A stretch of DNA of 59,329 nt, counting the filler. It is 7 parts of 7 records of this genome, joined end to end, with 100 filler letters (N's around TTAATTAATTAA, not from the genome) between each part and the next. Parts side by side here need not be neighbours in the genome. Positions count along the whole stretch, not along the records: positions 7,875 to 15,841 come from SRR2962707_2075; positions 15,942 to 23,885 come from SRR2962707_2077; 5 more parts are not named here. One strand, given 5' to 3'. Position numbers and translations under genes: made by a program. Position 1 is the first letter of the stretch. Every line of letters starts with the position of its first letter. The notes below the pieces were generated by a model. The model was not told the origin of the DNA and ran no database searches. It saw only the letters and a program-made list of their open reading frames with translations. This document shows positions 8,912 through 19,400 of this stretch, piece after piece.

Positions 8912-11461
8912 TCAAAGATTTCTAAGAACTGGCGCGGCCTTTTGTCCCAAAATACGCCATGTGCCAGCAAGGCCAAATCCGACCGTACAAACAAGCGCCA
9001 CAGCGATTGTTACAAGCGCAATCCAAGGCTGAAATGCCCAAGGCAACTCCATTATGCGGGTGACGATAAACCAAGCGGCAAAACCGCCCGCCATAAGCGC
9101 GAAAAATGCGGTTGCCGCGCCCAAAATCGCATATTCGGTAACAAACGCTGCAATCAATGTGCGCCGCGTCGCGCCCAAGGTTTTAAGCACGACCGCATCG
9201 TGAACACGGGCGCGATTACCGGCCGCCAAAGCACCAGCAAGAACGAGCACCGAGGCAACAAGCGCGACGATTGCTGCAGCACGAATGGCGGTCGCCAATT
9301 GGCCAACCACTGTGTTGACCATCTCAATTGCGTCTTTAACGCGCACCGTCGTTACCGCAGGAAAAGCCTTAGTAACCGAGGTCAAAATACCTTTTTCGCG
9401 GGCTAAGTCCGCGTCAGGCAGTGTCAAAGTGGCGAGCCAAGAATGCGGCGCGCCAGCAAATGTATTGGGCGAAAACACCATCACGAAGTTAATCGATAGG
9501 CTTTCCCACTCCACCTGACGAAAACTCGCAATGCGCGCCGTAATATTGCGGCCTAGCACATTGACGGTGACACTATCGCCGATTTTCAGATCAAGGGAAC
9601 TTGCTTCATTGGCAGAAAAAGAAACAAGCGGCTCGCCGCTATAATCCGCTGGCCACCAGCTTCCTTCGGTAAGCGTTGAATTCTCCGGCTCGGTTTGCGC
9701 GTAGGTAATGCCGCGATCACCGCGTAAGACCCAGCGTGCATCGTTAGGAATTTCCATTGTTTTAATATCTTGGCCGTTGAGTTCAACGATACGCCCGCGC
9801 AACATCGGAACTCGCACCAATTTACCATCAGTACCGGCCTCTGCTTCGACAAGCGTAGCAAAATCCTCGACCACAGCGGGCTGAATATCCACAAAGAAGA
9901 AATTGGGCGCACGCGCCGAGATACCGCCGGCAATCTGACTGCGCAGATTTCCGTCAATCAGGGCAAGCGAAACAAGCAATGTTAGGCCTAGACCAAGCGC
10001 TAAAACAACCGACGGTGTTAGCGCGCCGGGCCGATGAATATTGCCAATCGCAAGACGCAGCGGCGTGCCTTTAACCGTGCCAATGTGCTTTGCAGCGGCC
10101 ATGAGAAAAACGGACACCACGCGCAAAATCACGAAGGAAAACAGGACGCCAATCAAAAAGTAGGCAGCGATGCGCCGATCAACTGAAAAATAAATCGCAC
10201 AGGCAGCAAGCAACAATGCTGCGCCACCCGCGCCGATCAAATAGATCGCACGGGGCCATCCGCCAGTCGACATATTATGATCACGAAACAGGCTTGAAGC
10301 GGGAATATCGCGCGCACGGCCAAGCGGCAAAAGCGCGAAGACCAAAATGGTCAAAACAGAAAATAACAATGCAAGCGCCAAGGCGCTCGGATAGAAAAAT
10401 CCGGATGATGGCAAAGGAATAATACCCGCCAGCGCCAACTTCGCGCCATAGGGCGCGGCAGCCGCGAGCACGAGACCAATGGCGATACCAATCGCGCCAA
10501 TGATCAAGATCTGGAACAGATAGATGGTTGAAACCAATGACCCTGGCGCGCCCAAACACTTAAATGTCGCGATGACCGAACGCTTAGAATCAAGAAAAGC
10601 GCGAACCGCGTTGGCAACACCAACACCGCCGGTGACCAGTGCTGTTAAGCCAACAAGGGTCAAAAACTGCGCAAAGCGTTTAACGTTTGATGAGAGCGAT
10701 GGCGCAGCGTTGACACGCGAGCGCGTTGACCACCCAGCCAGCGGGTTATCATTGTTCGCATTCTCAATCAGTGCCAAAATTTGTGCATCCGATTGGGCTG
10801 CATCCGTGCGTATTTTATAAACGCGCTCGACCAAAGAACCCGGCTGAATAAGCCCCGATGCCTGCAACGCCTCACGGCTCATGATCAATTTCGGTGCAAA
10901 GGCAAAGCCATCAGAAAACGCATCGGGTTCGGTCACAATCGTACCAAGAATTTTAAATTTCGCTTCGCCAATCAGCAATTCATCGCCAATCGAAACCGCC
11001 AAGCGGTCCAGCAAAAGCGGCTGAACATAAGCGCCAAAATCGCCATCTGATTGGCCTAAATCTGCGAAAGAATAGGCAGGTTCGGTGACGAACTCACCAT
11101 AAAGCGGATAAAGATCATCAACGGCTTTGATCTCGACCAATGCTTGATCTGCCTGATCAACGCGGCGCGCCATTGAACGGCTTGTTGCACTTTGCGCAAC
11201 AGTACCAAGCGATTGTAAATAGCTTAATTCATCTGCGCTTGCATCGCGTTGGATAAGCTCAAAACGCACATCTCCGCCCAAAATGCTCTGGCCCTGCGAT
11301 GAAATACCCTGCGTAATCGCTTGGCTGACCGCATTGACGCCGCCGATTGCCGCCGTACCCAGCGCAATACAGGCCAAAAACACATAAAAGCCTGAAAGGC
11401 CGCCGCGCAATTCGCGCAAAGCAAAGCGCAGCGCAAGCCGCATCGTCTCGCTCAATCCCAT
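8912..11461 (-). CDS. ybbP: ABC transporter permease, double FtsX-type (YbbP-like)
   Basis: About 850 aa with two permease halves; APNFFFVDIQ and VLKTLGA motifs; directly downstream of the ATPase. Confidence 0.88.
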   Translation of the reverse strand: MGLSETMRLALRFALRELRGGLSGFYVFLACIALGTAAIGGVNAVSQAITQGISSQGQSILGGDVRFELIQRDASADELSYLQSLGTVAQSATSRSMARRVDQADQALVEIKAVDDLYPLYGEFVTEPAYSFADLGQSDGDFGAYVQPLLLDRLAVSIGDELLIGEAKFKILGTIVTEPDAFSDGFAFAPKLIMSREALQASGLIQPGSLVERVYKIRTDAAQSDAQILALIENANNDNPLAGWSTRSRVNAAPSLSSNVKRFAQFLTLVGLTALVTGGVGVANAVRAFLDSKRSVIATFKCLGAPGSLVSTIYLFQILIIGAIGIAIGLVLAAAAPYGAKLALAGIIPLPSSGFFYPSALALALLFSVLTILVFALLPLGRARDIPASSLFRDHNMSTGGWPRAIYLIGAGGAALLLAACAIYFSVDRRIAAYFLIGVLFSFVILRVVSVFLMAAAKHIGTVKGTPLRLAIGNIHRPGALTPSVVLALGLGLTLLVSLALIDGNLRSQIAGGISARAPNFFFVDIQPAVVEDFATLVEAEAGTDGKLVRVPMLRGRIVELNGQDIKTMEIPNDARWVLRGDRGITYAQTEPENSTLTEGSWWPADYSGEPLVSFSANEASSLDLKIGDSVTVNVLGRNITARIASFRQVEWESLSINFVMVFSPNTFAGAPHSWLATLTLPDADLAREKGILTSVTKAFPAVTTVRVKDAIEMVNTVVGQLATAIRAAAIVALVASVLVLAGALAAGNRARVHDAVVLKTLGATRRTLIAAFVTEYAILGAATAFFALMAGGFAAWFIVTRIMELPWAFQPWIALVTIAVALVCTVGFGLAGTWRILGQKAAPVLRNL

Positions 11462-11462
11462 A

Positions 11463-12188
11463 TTACGCCACCGACTTTGCTTTTGAAGTCTTGCTTTTTT
11501 TCGTCTTAACCGCCGCACCTTCACTCACCACGCCGGAGCTCACGTTCACCGTGCGGTCACAAGATTTTGCCAACGCAGGGTCATGCGTAACGAGCACAAA
11601 GGTCGTACCGCGCTCTTTTTGCTTCTTGAAAATAAGATCAGAAATTTGCTGGCCGGTTTCAGAATCCAAATTGCCCGTAGGCTCATCGGCAATCAAAATT
11701 TTCGGATTGGGCGCAAGCGCGCGTGCCACAGCAACCCTTTGCTGCTCGCCGCCCGATAGCTGACCTGGATAATGCGTCAAGCGGTGGCCAAGGCCAACAG
11801 CCTCTAGCTCAGCCTTCGCCCGTTCAAAGGCATCAGGCACACCGGCAAGTTCAAGCGGCACAGCCACATTTTCCAGCGCTGTCATATTGGCAATCAAGTG
11901 AAAGGACTGAAACACGAAGCCGATATTGCGGCCACGAAATTGCGCCACCGCGTCTTCGCTAGGCTCGCTCAATTCTGCGCCGGCAACATTCACCGTGCCA
12001 GTGTCAGCGCGTTCAAGCCCAGCGAGCACCATGAGCAAAGTTGTCTTCCCGGAACCAGACGGCCCGACAATGCCAATTGCCTCTCCAGCTTCAATCGTCA
12101 AATCAACATCTTTGAGCACATGCACACCACGTGCGCCCTCGCCCAACTTCAAATTGACATTTTTTAGTGTGATCACGGGTTCAGACAA
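11463..12188 (-). CDS. ybbA: ABC transporter ATP-binding protein (YbbA/LolD-like)
   Basis: Walker A GPSGSGKT, LSGGEQQR signature, IADEPTGNLD; TTG start. Confidence 0.9.
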   Translation of the reverse strand: MSEPVITLKNVNLKLGEGARGVHVLKDVDLTIEAGEAIGIVGPSGSGKTTLLMVLAGLERADTGTVNVAGAELSEPSEDAVAQFRGRNIGFVFQSFHLIANMTALENVAVPLELAGVPDAFERAKAELEAVGLGHRLTHYPGQLSGGEQQRVAVARALAPNPKILIADEPTGNLDSETGQQISDLIFKKQKERGTTFVLVTHDPALAKSCDRTVNVSSGVVSEGAAVKTKKSKTSKAKSVA

Positions 12189-12255
12189 GACAAAAGCTTC
12201 CTATATGGAGAGGATCGACAAGCACATGAACCACTTAAATAGGAACCTGACACCG

Positions 12256-12894
12256 ATGTTCAAACGATTGGCCAAATTAATTGCAGCCAATATTGTCGCC
12301 GTCATGGTGATAAGCGCCGCTCACGCAGAAGTGATCAAAGGCGTTGGCTTTGGCGATAGTCTGATGGCCGGATATCAGCTCTCCAATGGAGAGGGTTTTA
12401 CAGACCAGCTGCAAAAAGCACTCGTTGATTCGGGCTATGATGTGACCATCGCCAATGCCGGTGTATCAGGCGACACGTCCTCTGGCGGCCTTGCGCGGCT
12501 TAATTGGTCCGTACCCGATGGTACTAATTTTGTCATTTTGGAGCTAGGTGCCAATGACGCTTTGCGCGGCATTTCACCTGATATTACCAAGGCGAATCTG
12601 GACGAAATGATAACCCAATTAATGGCCAGAAATATCGATGTTATACTCGCTGGAATTATCGCGCCGCCCAATATGGGGGCAGATTACGGCGACAAATTTA
12701 ATCCAATTTTTCAAGAGCTTAGTGAAAAGCACAATGTGCCCCTTTATCCGTTTTTCCTCGACGGTGTAACCACGGTTCAAAGCAAATTGCTCAGCGATAA
12801 TATGCACCCAAATCCAGACGGCGTGGCGACCATGGTGGAGCGGTTTTTACCCACTATCACCGCCTATCTCGATAAAAATTATCCAAGCAAATAA
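12256..12894 (+). CDS. tesA: SGNH/GDSL arylesterase / acyl-CoA thioesterase I
   Basis: GDSL block I, NAGVSGDT, GAND, DNMHPN; divergent from ybbA as in the conserved tesA-ybbAP arrangement. Confidence 0.92.
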   Translation: MFKRLAKLIAANIVAVMVISAAHAEVIKGVGFGDSLMAGYQLSNGEGFTDQLQKALVDSGYDVTIANAGVSGDTSSGGLARLNWSVPDGTNFVILELGANDALRGISPDITKANLDEMITQLMARNIDVILAGIIAPPNMGADYGDKFNPIFQELSEKHNVPLYPFFLDGVTTVQSKLLSDNMHPNPDGVATMVERFLPTITAYLDKNYPSK

Positions 12895-13011
12895 TCAAAG
12901 GGCTGTCTTGCATCCTTAACAAAGTCATGATTCGCTGCCCTTGAAGGAACAAGTGATTTGCTTTTTCAATAAAATGGAAAGGCGATCACAAGACATAGAG
13001 GGGATCACGCG

Positions 13012-13599
13012 ATGCCGCGTTTGTTTACCGCCTTGGAGTTGCCGCACGAAGCGGTAATGCATCTTTCCTTACTGCGCGGAGGTCTGCCGGGTGCGCGCTT
13101 CATTGATCCAGAAAATTACCATCTCACATTGCGTTTTTTCGGTGATATCGAAAACCACATCGCCGACGAGATTGTTTCGGGCTTAGACCGTGTGAAGCGC
13201 CGGAGTTTTTCTTTTGGCATTTCTGGCCTTGGCGTATTTGGTGGCAAAAAGCCCCATTCGATTTTCGCAACGCCGACGCCCTGCCCTGAGCTGATGGCGC
13301 TTCATGAAGATATTGACCGCATTTGCCAGCGCCTGCATTTGCCAGCTGATAGCCGCAAATTTACACCCCATATTTGCATTGCACGGCTTAAAAATGTGAC
13401 GCCGCAATCTGCTGCTCGATATTTATCAGAGCGCGGCGGGATTTATGTCGCGCCTTTCAAACTCAAAGAGTTTGTGCTCCTATCATCACGCGACTCTATT
13501 GGTGGCGGACCGTATATTCGCGAAGAAGTCTATGATTTGGGCCTGCCGAACCACTACGCAAGCAGTGATGATTTTTATGAAGAGGCGGCTTATTTCTAA
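13012..13599 (+). CDS. thpR: RNA 2',3'-cyclic phosphodiesterase (2H family)
   Basis: MPRLFTAL start; HLTL motif 1; FTPHICIAR at the motif 2 position. Confidence 0.9.
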   Translation: MPRLFTALELPHEAVMHLSLLRGGLPGARFIDPENYHLTLRFFGDIENHIADEIVSGLDRVKRRSFSFGISGLGVFGGKKPHSIFATPTPCPELMALHEDIDRICQRLHLPADSRKFTPHICIARLKNVTPQSAARYLSERGGIYVAPFKLKEFVLLSSRDSIGGGPYIREEVYDLGLPNHYASSDDFYEEAAYF

Positions 13600-13615
13600 G
13601 CCCAAATTCTGAGCA

Positions 13616-13903
13616 ATGACCAAATTAAATTCGGACGAAATAACTTCCGCATTAAACGATCTTGAGGGATGGAAACGAAGCGACGATAAAATTGCGATCG
13701 AAAAGCAATTCAAATTTGCCAATTTCATTGAGGCCTTTGGCTTCATGACCCGCATGGCAATTGTCGCAGAAAAAATGAACCACCATCCAGAATGGTTCAA
13801 TGTCTATAACCGTGTCGATGTGAAGCTCACAAGCCATGATAGCGGCGGCGTTACGCAGCGCGACATCAAGCTCGCCGCGGCCATGAATAAAGCGGCCGAT
13901 TAA
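13616..13903 (+). CDS. phhB: Pterin-4a-carbinolamine dehydratase
   Basis: [17 protein letters not shown]...[11 protein letters not shown]. Confidence 0.95.
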   Translation: MTKLNSDEITSALNDLEGWKRSDDKIAIEKQFKFANFIEAFGFMTRMAIVAEKMNHHPEWFNVYNRVDVKLTSHDSGGVTQRDIKLAAAMNKAAD

Positions 13904-13962
13904 GCAAGCGATCCAAGCACGCATCTCTTGAAAATTCTTCATTTTCGCCCCACTTTAAAGTC

Positions 13963-14352
13963 ATGACGATCAGCGAAGAAAAGATTGGCGAAATTTTAGC
14001 GCCGGTTTCTGTTGGCAAACAAGAAAGCCGACGCGAAAAAGTGCGTTCAAAATTTTGGGCTAAAGCGCGCAGCGCGGCAAAATCCATTCCGATGATGGAT
14101 GAGGTTGTTGCCGCCTATTTCTGCGCGATGGACAATAATACGCCGGTGAAAGTGCGTGGCACCTTATTAGCTGCGCTTGCCTACTTCATTTTGCCACTGG
14201 ATCTGTTTCCAGACTTTATCGCCGGTTTCGGATTTACCGATGACATTGCGGTCATTATGGCCGCCATCGGTGCCGTGCGCGCTCATATCACCGATGCCCA
14301 TCGCGCTTTGGCAACCAAAGCCCTTGAAGATGATCTTTCCGATCAAAGTTAG
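13963..14352 (+). CDS. YkvA / DUF1232 family protein
   Basis: ALAYFILPLDLFPDFIAGFGFTDD motif. Confidence 0.9.
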   Translation: MTISEEKIGEILAPVSVGKQESRREKVRSKFWAKARSAAKSIPMMDEVVAAYFCAMDNNTPVKVRGTLLAALAYFILPLDLFPDFIAGFGFTDDIAVIMAAIGAVRAHITDAHRALATKALEDDLSDQS

Positions 14353-14558
14353 AACCATCCAATTATTGCCGCTTTTATATGGAAAACGAGCTATAGGGAC
14401 GTTCAGGGTGTGTCGAAACGAAGCAATTTACACTGCAAATTCAGCAATTCGTATGTTTGTTTAGGCTTTGGTAACCAACCTTAAGCCATTTTAATAGCGA
14501 ACCGCGGACAACTTGCGTGTTCATTCAAATCGAGAACCCCACAAAAGTGGTAGGGAAT

Positions 14559-15074
14559 ATGTTTCAACGATCTAAAATTTTAAAATCGATGCTCGCCGCC
14601 AGCGCATTCATTGCGACTGCAGGCGTCGCTGCCGCTGAAACGCCAACAGAGTTGGGCCGATTTAACGATTGGGCTGCGGTTAGCTATCCATCACCGAATG
14701 GAAAAGTTTGCTACGCGGTGTCGCGCCAAATTTCAGAAGCGCCATCAACTCTTAATCATGGCATTAACTTCTTTGTTATTACGCAGCGTCGTGGCCAAAA
14801 CGTCACTTTGGAGCCGCAATTTATTGCAAGCTATTCGCTTCAAGAAGGCTCGAAAGCATCCGTCACGGTAGATGGTAAATCTTTCAGCTTCTTTGCCAGT
14901 GCAAAATCTGCTTGGTCGGAAAATGCGGCAGAAGACCCTTCAATCATTGCAGCTTTGAAAGCTGGCTCGAAAATGACCGTTAAAGCGGTTTCGGCTAAAG
15001 GCAATGATGTAACGTACACTTACTCGCTTTCTGGTGTCACAGCCGCTCTTGGCGCTGTACAATCCTGCCAGTAA
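14559..15074 (+). CDS. Invasion-associated locus B (IalB)-like periplasmic protein
   Basis: Signal peptide, FNDW, KVCY, YSLSGVTAAL...C; upstream of rlmN as usual in Rhizobiales. Confidence 0.75.
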   Translation: MFQRSKILKSMLAASAFIATAGVAAAETPTELGRFNDWAAVSYPSPNGKVCYAVSRQISEAPSTLNHGINFFVITQRRGQNVTLEPQFIASYSLQEGSKASVTVDGKSFSFFASAKSAWSENAAEDPSIIAALKAGSKMTVKAVSAKGNDVTYTYSLSGVTAALGAVQSCQ

Positions 15075-15092
15075 TAAAAGCAAAATTGATTT

Positions 15093-15122
15093 AAAAGGCC
15101 GGACGAAAGTCTGGCCTTTTTC
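15093..15122 (+). terminator. Intrinsic terminator
   Basis: AAAAGGCCGGAC-GAAA-GTCTGGCCTTTTT. Confidence 0.75.
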
Positions 15123-15209
15123 ATTTAGTGCCGTTGATGCCAGATAGTGACCTGACGCCAAAGCTGTGATAGACGCGGCAATCACAATTCACAAAAAGCA
15201 CCGTCAATT

Positions 15210-15841
15210 ATGGCAATTTCAATCGACCTCACCAATAATGAGACGCGCAGCGCCCTTTCGGCAGCAGCGAAAAACCGGTTAGATCACCGTCCAACACTGA
15301 TCGGCCTAACACGCGATCAATTGGGCGAAGCTTTGCGCGGCGCAGGCGTTGCCGACAAGCAAATCAAAATGCGCACCCAGCAGCTTTGGCATTGGCTCTA
15401 TATTCGCGGTGTCGATGATTTTGACTTGATGTCAAATCTGGGCAAAGAACTGCGCGGCTTGCTCAAAGAAAAATTCACCATCGCTGGCCCTGAAATTGTT
15501 GAAGAACAACTCTCCGTTGATGGCACATGCAAATGGCTTATGCGCTTTCCAGCGCGCGGTGCTGGTGCGCCTGTTGAGATTGAAACCGTTTATATTCCTG
15601 AAGAAGGCCGCGGCACTTTGTGTGTATCGAGCCAAGTTGGCTGCACATTAACATGCACATTTTGTCATACAGGCACGCAAACCCTTGTGCGCAATCTGAC
15701 ATCGGGTGAAATCGTCGCGCAGGTTATTTTGGCACGCAAACGCCTTGGCGATTTTCCAGATATCGACACGCCCGCTGGCGCAATCGTACCGAGCGAAGGC
15801 CGCAAAGTCACCAATGTCGTGATGATGGGCATGGGCGAGCC
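15210..15841 (+). CDS. rlmN: Radical SAM 23S rRNA/tRNA m2A methyltransferase, 5' part (truncated by contig end)
   Basis: [10 protein letters not shown], CxxxCxxC (CTLTCTFC), [10 protein letters not shown]. Confidence 0.95.
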
Positions 15842-15941
15842 NNNNNNNNNNNNNNNNNNNNNNNNNNNNNNNNNNNNNNNNNNNNTTAATTAATTAANNN
15901 NNNNNNNNNNNNNNNNNNNNNNNNNNNNNNNNNNNNNNNNN
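15842..15941. other. Artificial contig spacer
   Basis: 44 N + TTAATTAATTAA + 44 N. Confidence 0.98.
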
Positions 15942-15988
15942 GAGTGAGTGAGTGAGCGAGTGAGTGGGTGAAAGTGAGTGAAAGTGAA
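15942..15988. repeat. Degenerate (GAGT)n microsatellite at the contig end
   Basis: GAGTGAGTGAGTGAGCGAGTGAGTGGGTGAAAGTGAGTGAAAGTG. Confidence 0.8.
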
Positions 15989-16498
15989 GCAGCGTGTGAG
16001 CAACTCGCTCTTCGCTGCTCCATCGCAGACATTGCAATGACGTCATAATCATATTTTCGACGTCATCAATTGGTACGACACTGAAACTTTGGTTCATACT
16101 AGACTGCTACTGACTTGACTTGCCAACAGCAACAAAAGTCGCGTGGAGGCTACGCCAACGCACTTTACATGTTACCATGGTGAGCAAGTTCCCCTCCTTC
16201 AGTTACCAAAAGAGGCACAAACAAGGTGGAGTGCTTCCCAATCATTCAAGGGCAATCCCCGATGTCAGCGGTGGTTCAGTGCCGACTGCAGCGGGATATT
16301 TTATTTTTTTCGTGGTAGCACGTCGCAGACTAATGCTGCGAGCAACCAAACAACACCTTCCCATCGGTGCAGTCTTCATTGTGAAGCGCCAGATAAAGTA
16401 GTGTCGACTTCGTTGGTGACACGGTGGACCTTCACAGTCGTCGTTGCGATGATTTATCAAGTTACTACTAATTAAATTGTTGGCGCACTGCATCTTTG

Positions 16499-19400
16499 TC
16501 AAAAAGCCTCCTCTTCTGCATCAGTTGTGTTGCCTTTCACGGCACTGGCGCCCTCCTGCTTTGGTTGTGGCAGTCGCGAGCCTGTCGGTGCCGGCTCCGG
16601 CGGCGCCGCTCCTGCGGCGGCCTTGTGGGCAACGTCTGGCAGGTCGACGGCTGCTCCGTTTTCGGCAAGTTGATGTTGAGCGGCACGGAGTTGGTGCATC
16701 AGGTCGCTGTTGCGCTCCTCTTGTGCGCTCAAAAGAGTCAAGAGCTCTTGCTCTCGCTGCAGTTGGCGCTGACGTTCGCGCTCCGACTCCCGCTCCAGAT
16801 GTTGTAGCGCTGCCGAATGCTCCTCCCGGTTCAATCGAACATCTTTGTTCAACTGGTCGATCGTTTGGAGATGGAGCAGCGTTTGAGATCGAAAGTATCT
16901 GCCAAGCAATTCAGAGTAAGGACAAACAAACGGATATCACTCACCACGAAGGCACGTGCCTGGAAACAAAAACTCACTCGACTAAACGGCCATGTTCTGC
17001 TTCAAGCGCCAACAGTTTGGCCGTGTGCTCGGTTTTCAATGTGTCAAGAATTTTGTTGTGCTCTGCCAGTGAAATGGTATGACTGTGCGTGGTTGTCTCA
17101 CGCAGAGTGCAAAGATGGGTTTGCAACCTCGGTTGTAGCTTCACCAAGCGCAGAACTCCCGCAAAAGAAAGCTCTACGGTTTCATTGCCATCAAGCCGTG
17201 TTGCTGCTGGAGCTGCGTCATCGGACTGTTCGATTTGATTTGAATCTCCATTGCGGGTAGGATCAGTCTGTTCGTGCAACATGCTCTCACCAGTGCCTGC
17301 TGCCTCAGCGTACTTGGGTGATACAAAGCCTTCTGCAAACAGGCGTTCAGTACCCACTCTGCTGAGTCTCTCTTCCGCAACAAGCTGCTGGAAGGTGCTT
17401 GCCAAAGTCAAGTGCTTTTCGGCAGATGCTTCTGCCGGTTCTTCGTCGGTGACGGCCGCAAATACTTCTCCGTCTTCATCGCCACTGCTGGGCGGACGAC
17501 TTGATGTTCGGCTTTGGCGACCGGAAGGTCCGTCAATGTCCGAGTCTGACTCCGGTTCCTCAATAGCGACATTGCCCATTGACTCAATTTCGGCTGCAGT
17601 GCAATCAGTCTGCAACAGTGCGTGAAGCCAGACAAGTAACCGCCGAACGTCGCCAATGGACAGGCCACCACTGCCCGAGCGGTTAAATAAACTAAAATTG
17701 CAAAATCGGACATCGTTGTTGACGGTGCCAAAAACCAAAAGAGGGTACTACGCAAAGGTTAAAACTGAGCAACGAACCGGCAAGCAATACTCAGACGGTG
17801 TGCGACTGTCCATGTTTGCCCAAGCGATACGATTGCAACTCCACATAAAAATTGCTCAACGCTGATCGAGCCGACACCATCAAGGTCAAAAGCTTCAAAC
17901 ATCGCGTCGGCGTTCAACAACGGATCCTCAATCTCAATATCATACACGCGCTGCACAAAATCGGAATCTTTAAGACTTGTCTGCAAATTTCAACAAGCAC
18001 GTCAAATGCACCATCAACGCTGAAAGGTTCCGATAATATCAGGCACGGCGTGAAGAATGTTACTTGCTGCAAACATGAACGGTTGCAATACGTACCGATC
18101 GTACCGACCTTGTTGTTGGAATACCATCAAGGGACGAACCAACGGCATTCGGTGCAAGTGCCCGGCTGCTCGGCGTCGAGCTGCCTCCGTCTGGTGAATT
18201 TTTGTACTGGTGACGGCGCCGGCGTCGGCAGAATCCAATTTTTGATGCAAGCTTCACGACGTCGACCAACCCATCTGCAGGCTGTACGCCCAGGTCCTCT
18301 GGGCACATTTCAAAGCAAAAACACGGTTCATCACTACACTAAATGCAGCGCGGACAAACAGGACAAACTCGGGGCCACGCATTGGAGGATGCACTGGGTT
18401 TTGCGTTCATAAAAACCCAAGCCACACCGTCGATTAAAATAGTTTGCTGCAAGGCACCCTTGAACTCGCCCAAGTCAAGGCGTCGGTAGTCGACGATCTC
18501 TTGCCGAGCACGCAGCTTTGTCGTCGGCTCTAGAGATTCGGATTGCTCGGATTGCGCTTGAACTGCGTCCAAGCTTCGAACACTTGGTCGCCGCCCGAAA
18601 CGCAACGTACTGCGGGGTTTATGAACAAGCGGTGTTCCGACACCAATTGGCGAATTGTTTCGCCTTTGTCGAACATTGCAGTTGGCACCGAGTCCACCAG
18701 GACCAACGACGAAACCGTGAACCGCCGATGCGTTTGCCTGAACAAATGGGATTTCCAAGTTAGTTGGCGCTGCTTGTTACAGTAATCGCACTCCATGGTT
18801 GTGCAGGGAACACGGCACTGACCATAAACGCGTCCCAATAGGGCTGCATTGGGTCATGCTTGCCACCACGCCCAATGTTGGCACGAACTTCATCTTTGCG
18901 CTTTCTTTTCTGCTTCTTATCGCGATGTTTCGCCTGCAAAGCGCAAAAACAAAGTGACACACAGTTCACGAATCTCATCAAGTGAGAGTAATGGAATGGC
19001 AATGGAAACGTACGCGAATTTCAAAAAACAGATTTTGCCGAATCGTCGACTCGGGTGGACACAGCTTCTGCATAACAACTTCGTATCGACGACTTTCCAA
19101 GCTATCTGCAACTTGAACTTGAAGATCATCTCGCAATTTCGTCACTCCGCCGAGCGAGCGGCGCTTTCTAATTAATGCAAGTTCGCTCCTGGCAGCTCGT
19201 AACAAGGCGGAGCAATCATAGCAGCGTCGCTGGGCATCTCGAAAAATGTCACAAAACTCTGGCAACCCGTCCGCTTGAAGGAGCTGCGTCCGGTTACGAC
19301 GGATCAGCGCCAGAACAACGCCAATGAGCACCTGGACGCGCGCAATACAACGTTCTTAAGAGGGCAACATGGTTGCTGAGCACGAATTTCAGTCCTGATT

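Noticed and set aside
15480-15535. Gly and Cys in RlmN where Arg is usual (IAGPE, DGTCK)
   Set aside because: Not catalytic positions; cannot be told apart from lineage variation or base errors without an alignment
15942-15988. GAGT repeats as a telomere or CRISPR array
   Set aside because: Short degenerate microsatellite with no spacers and no regular telomeric unit
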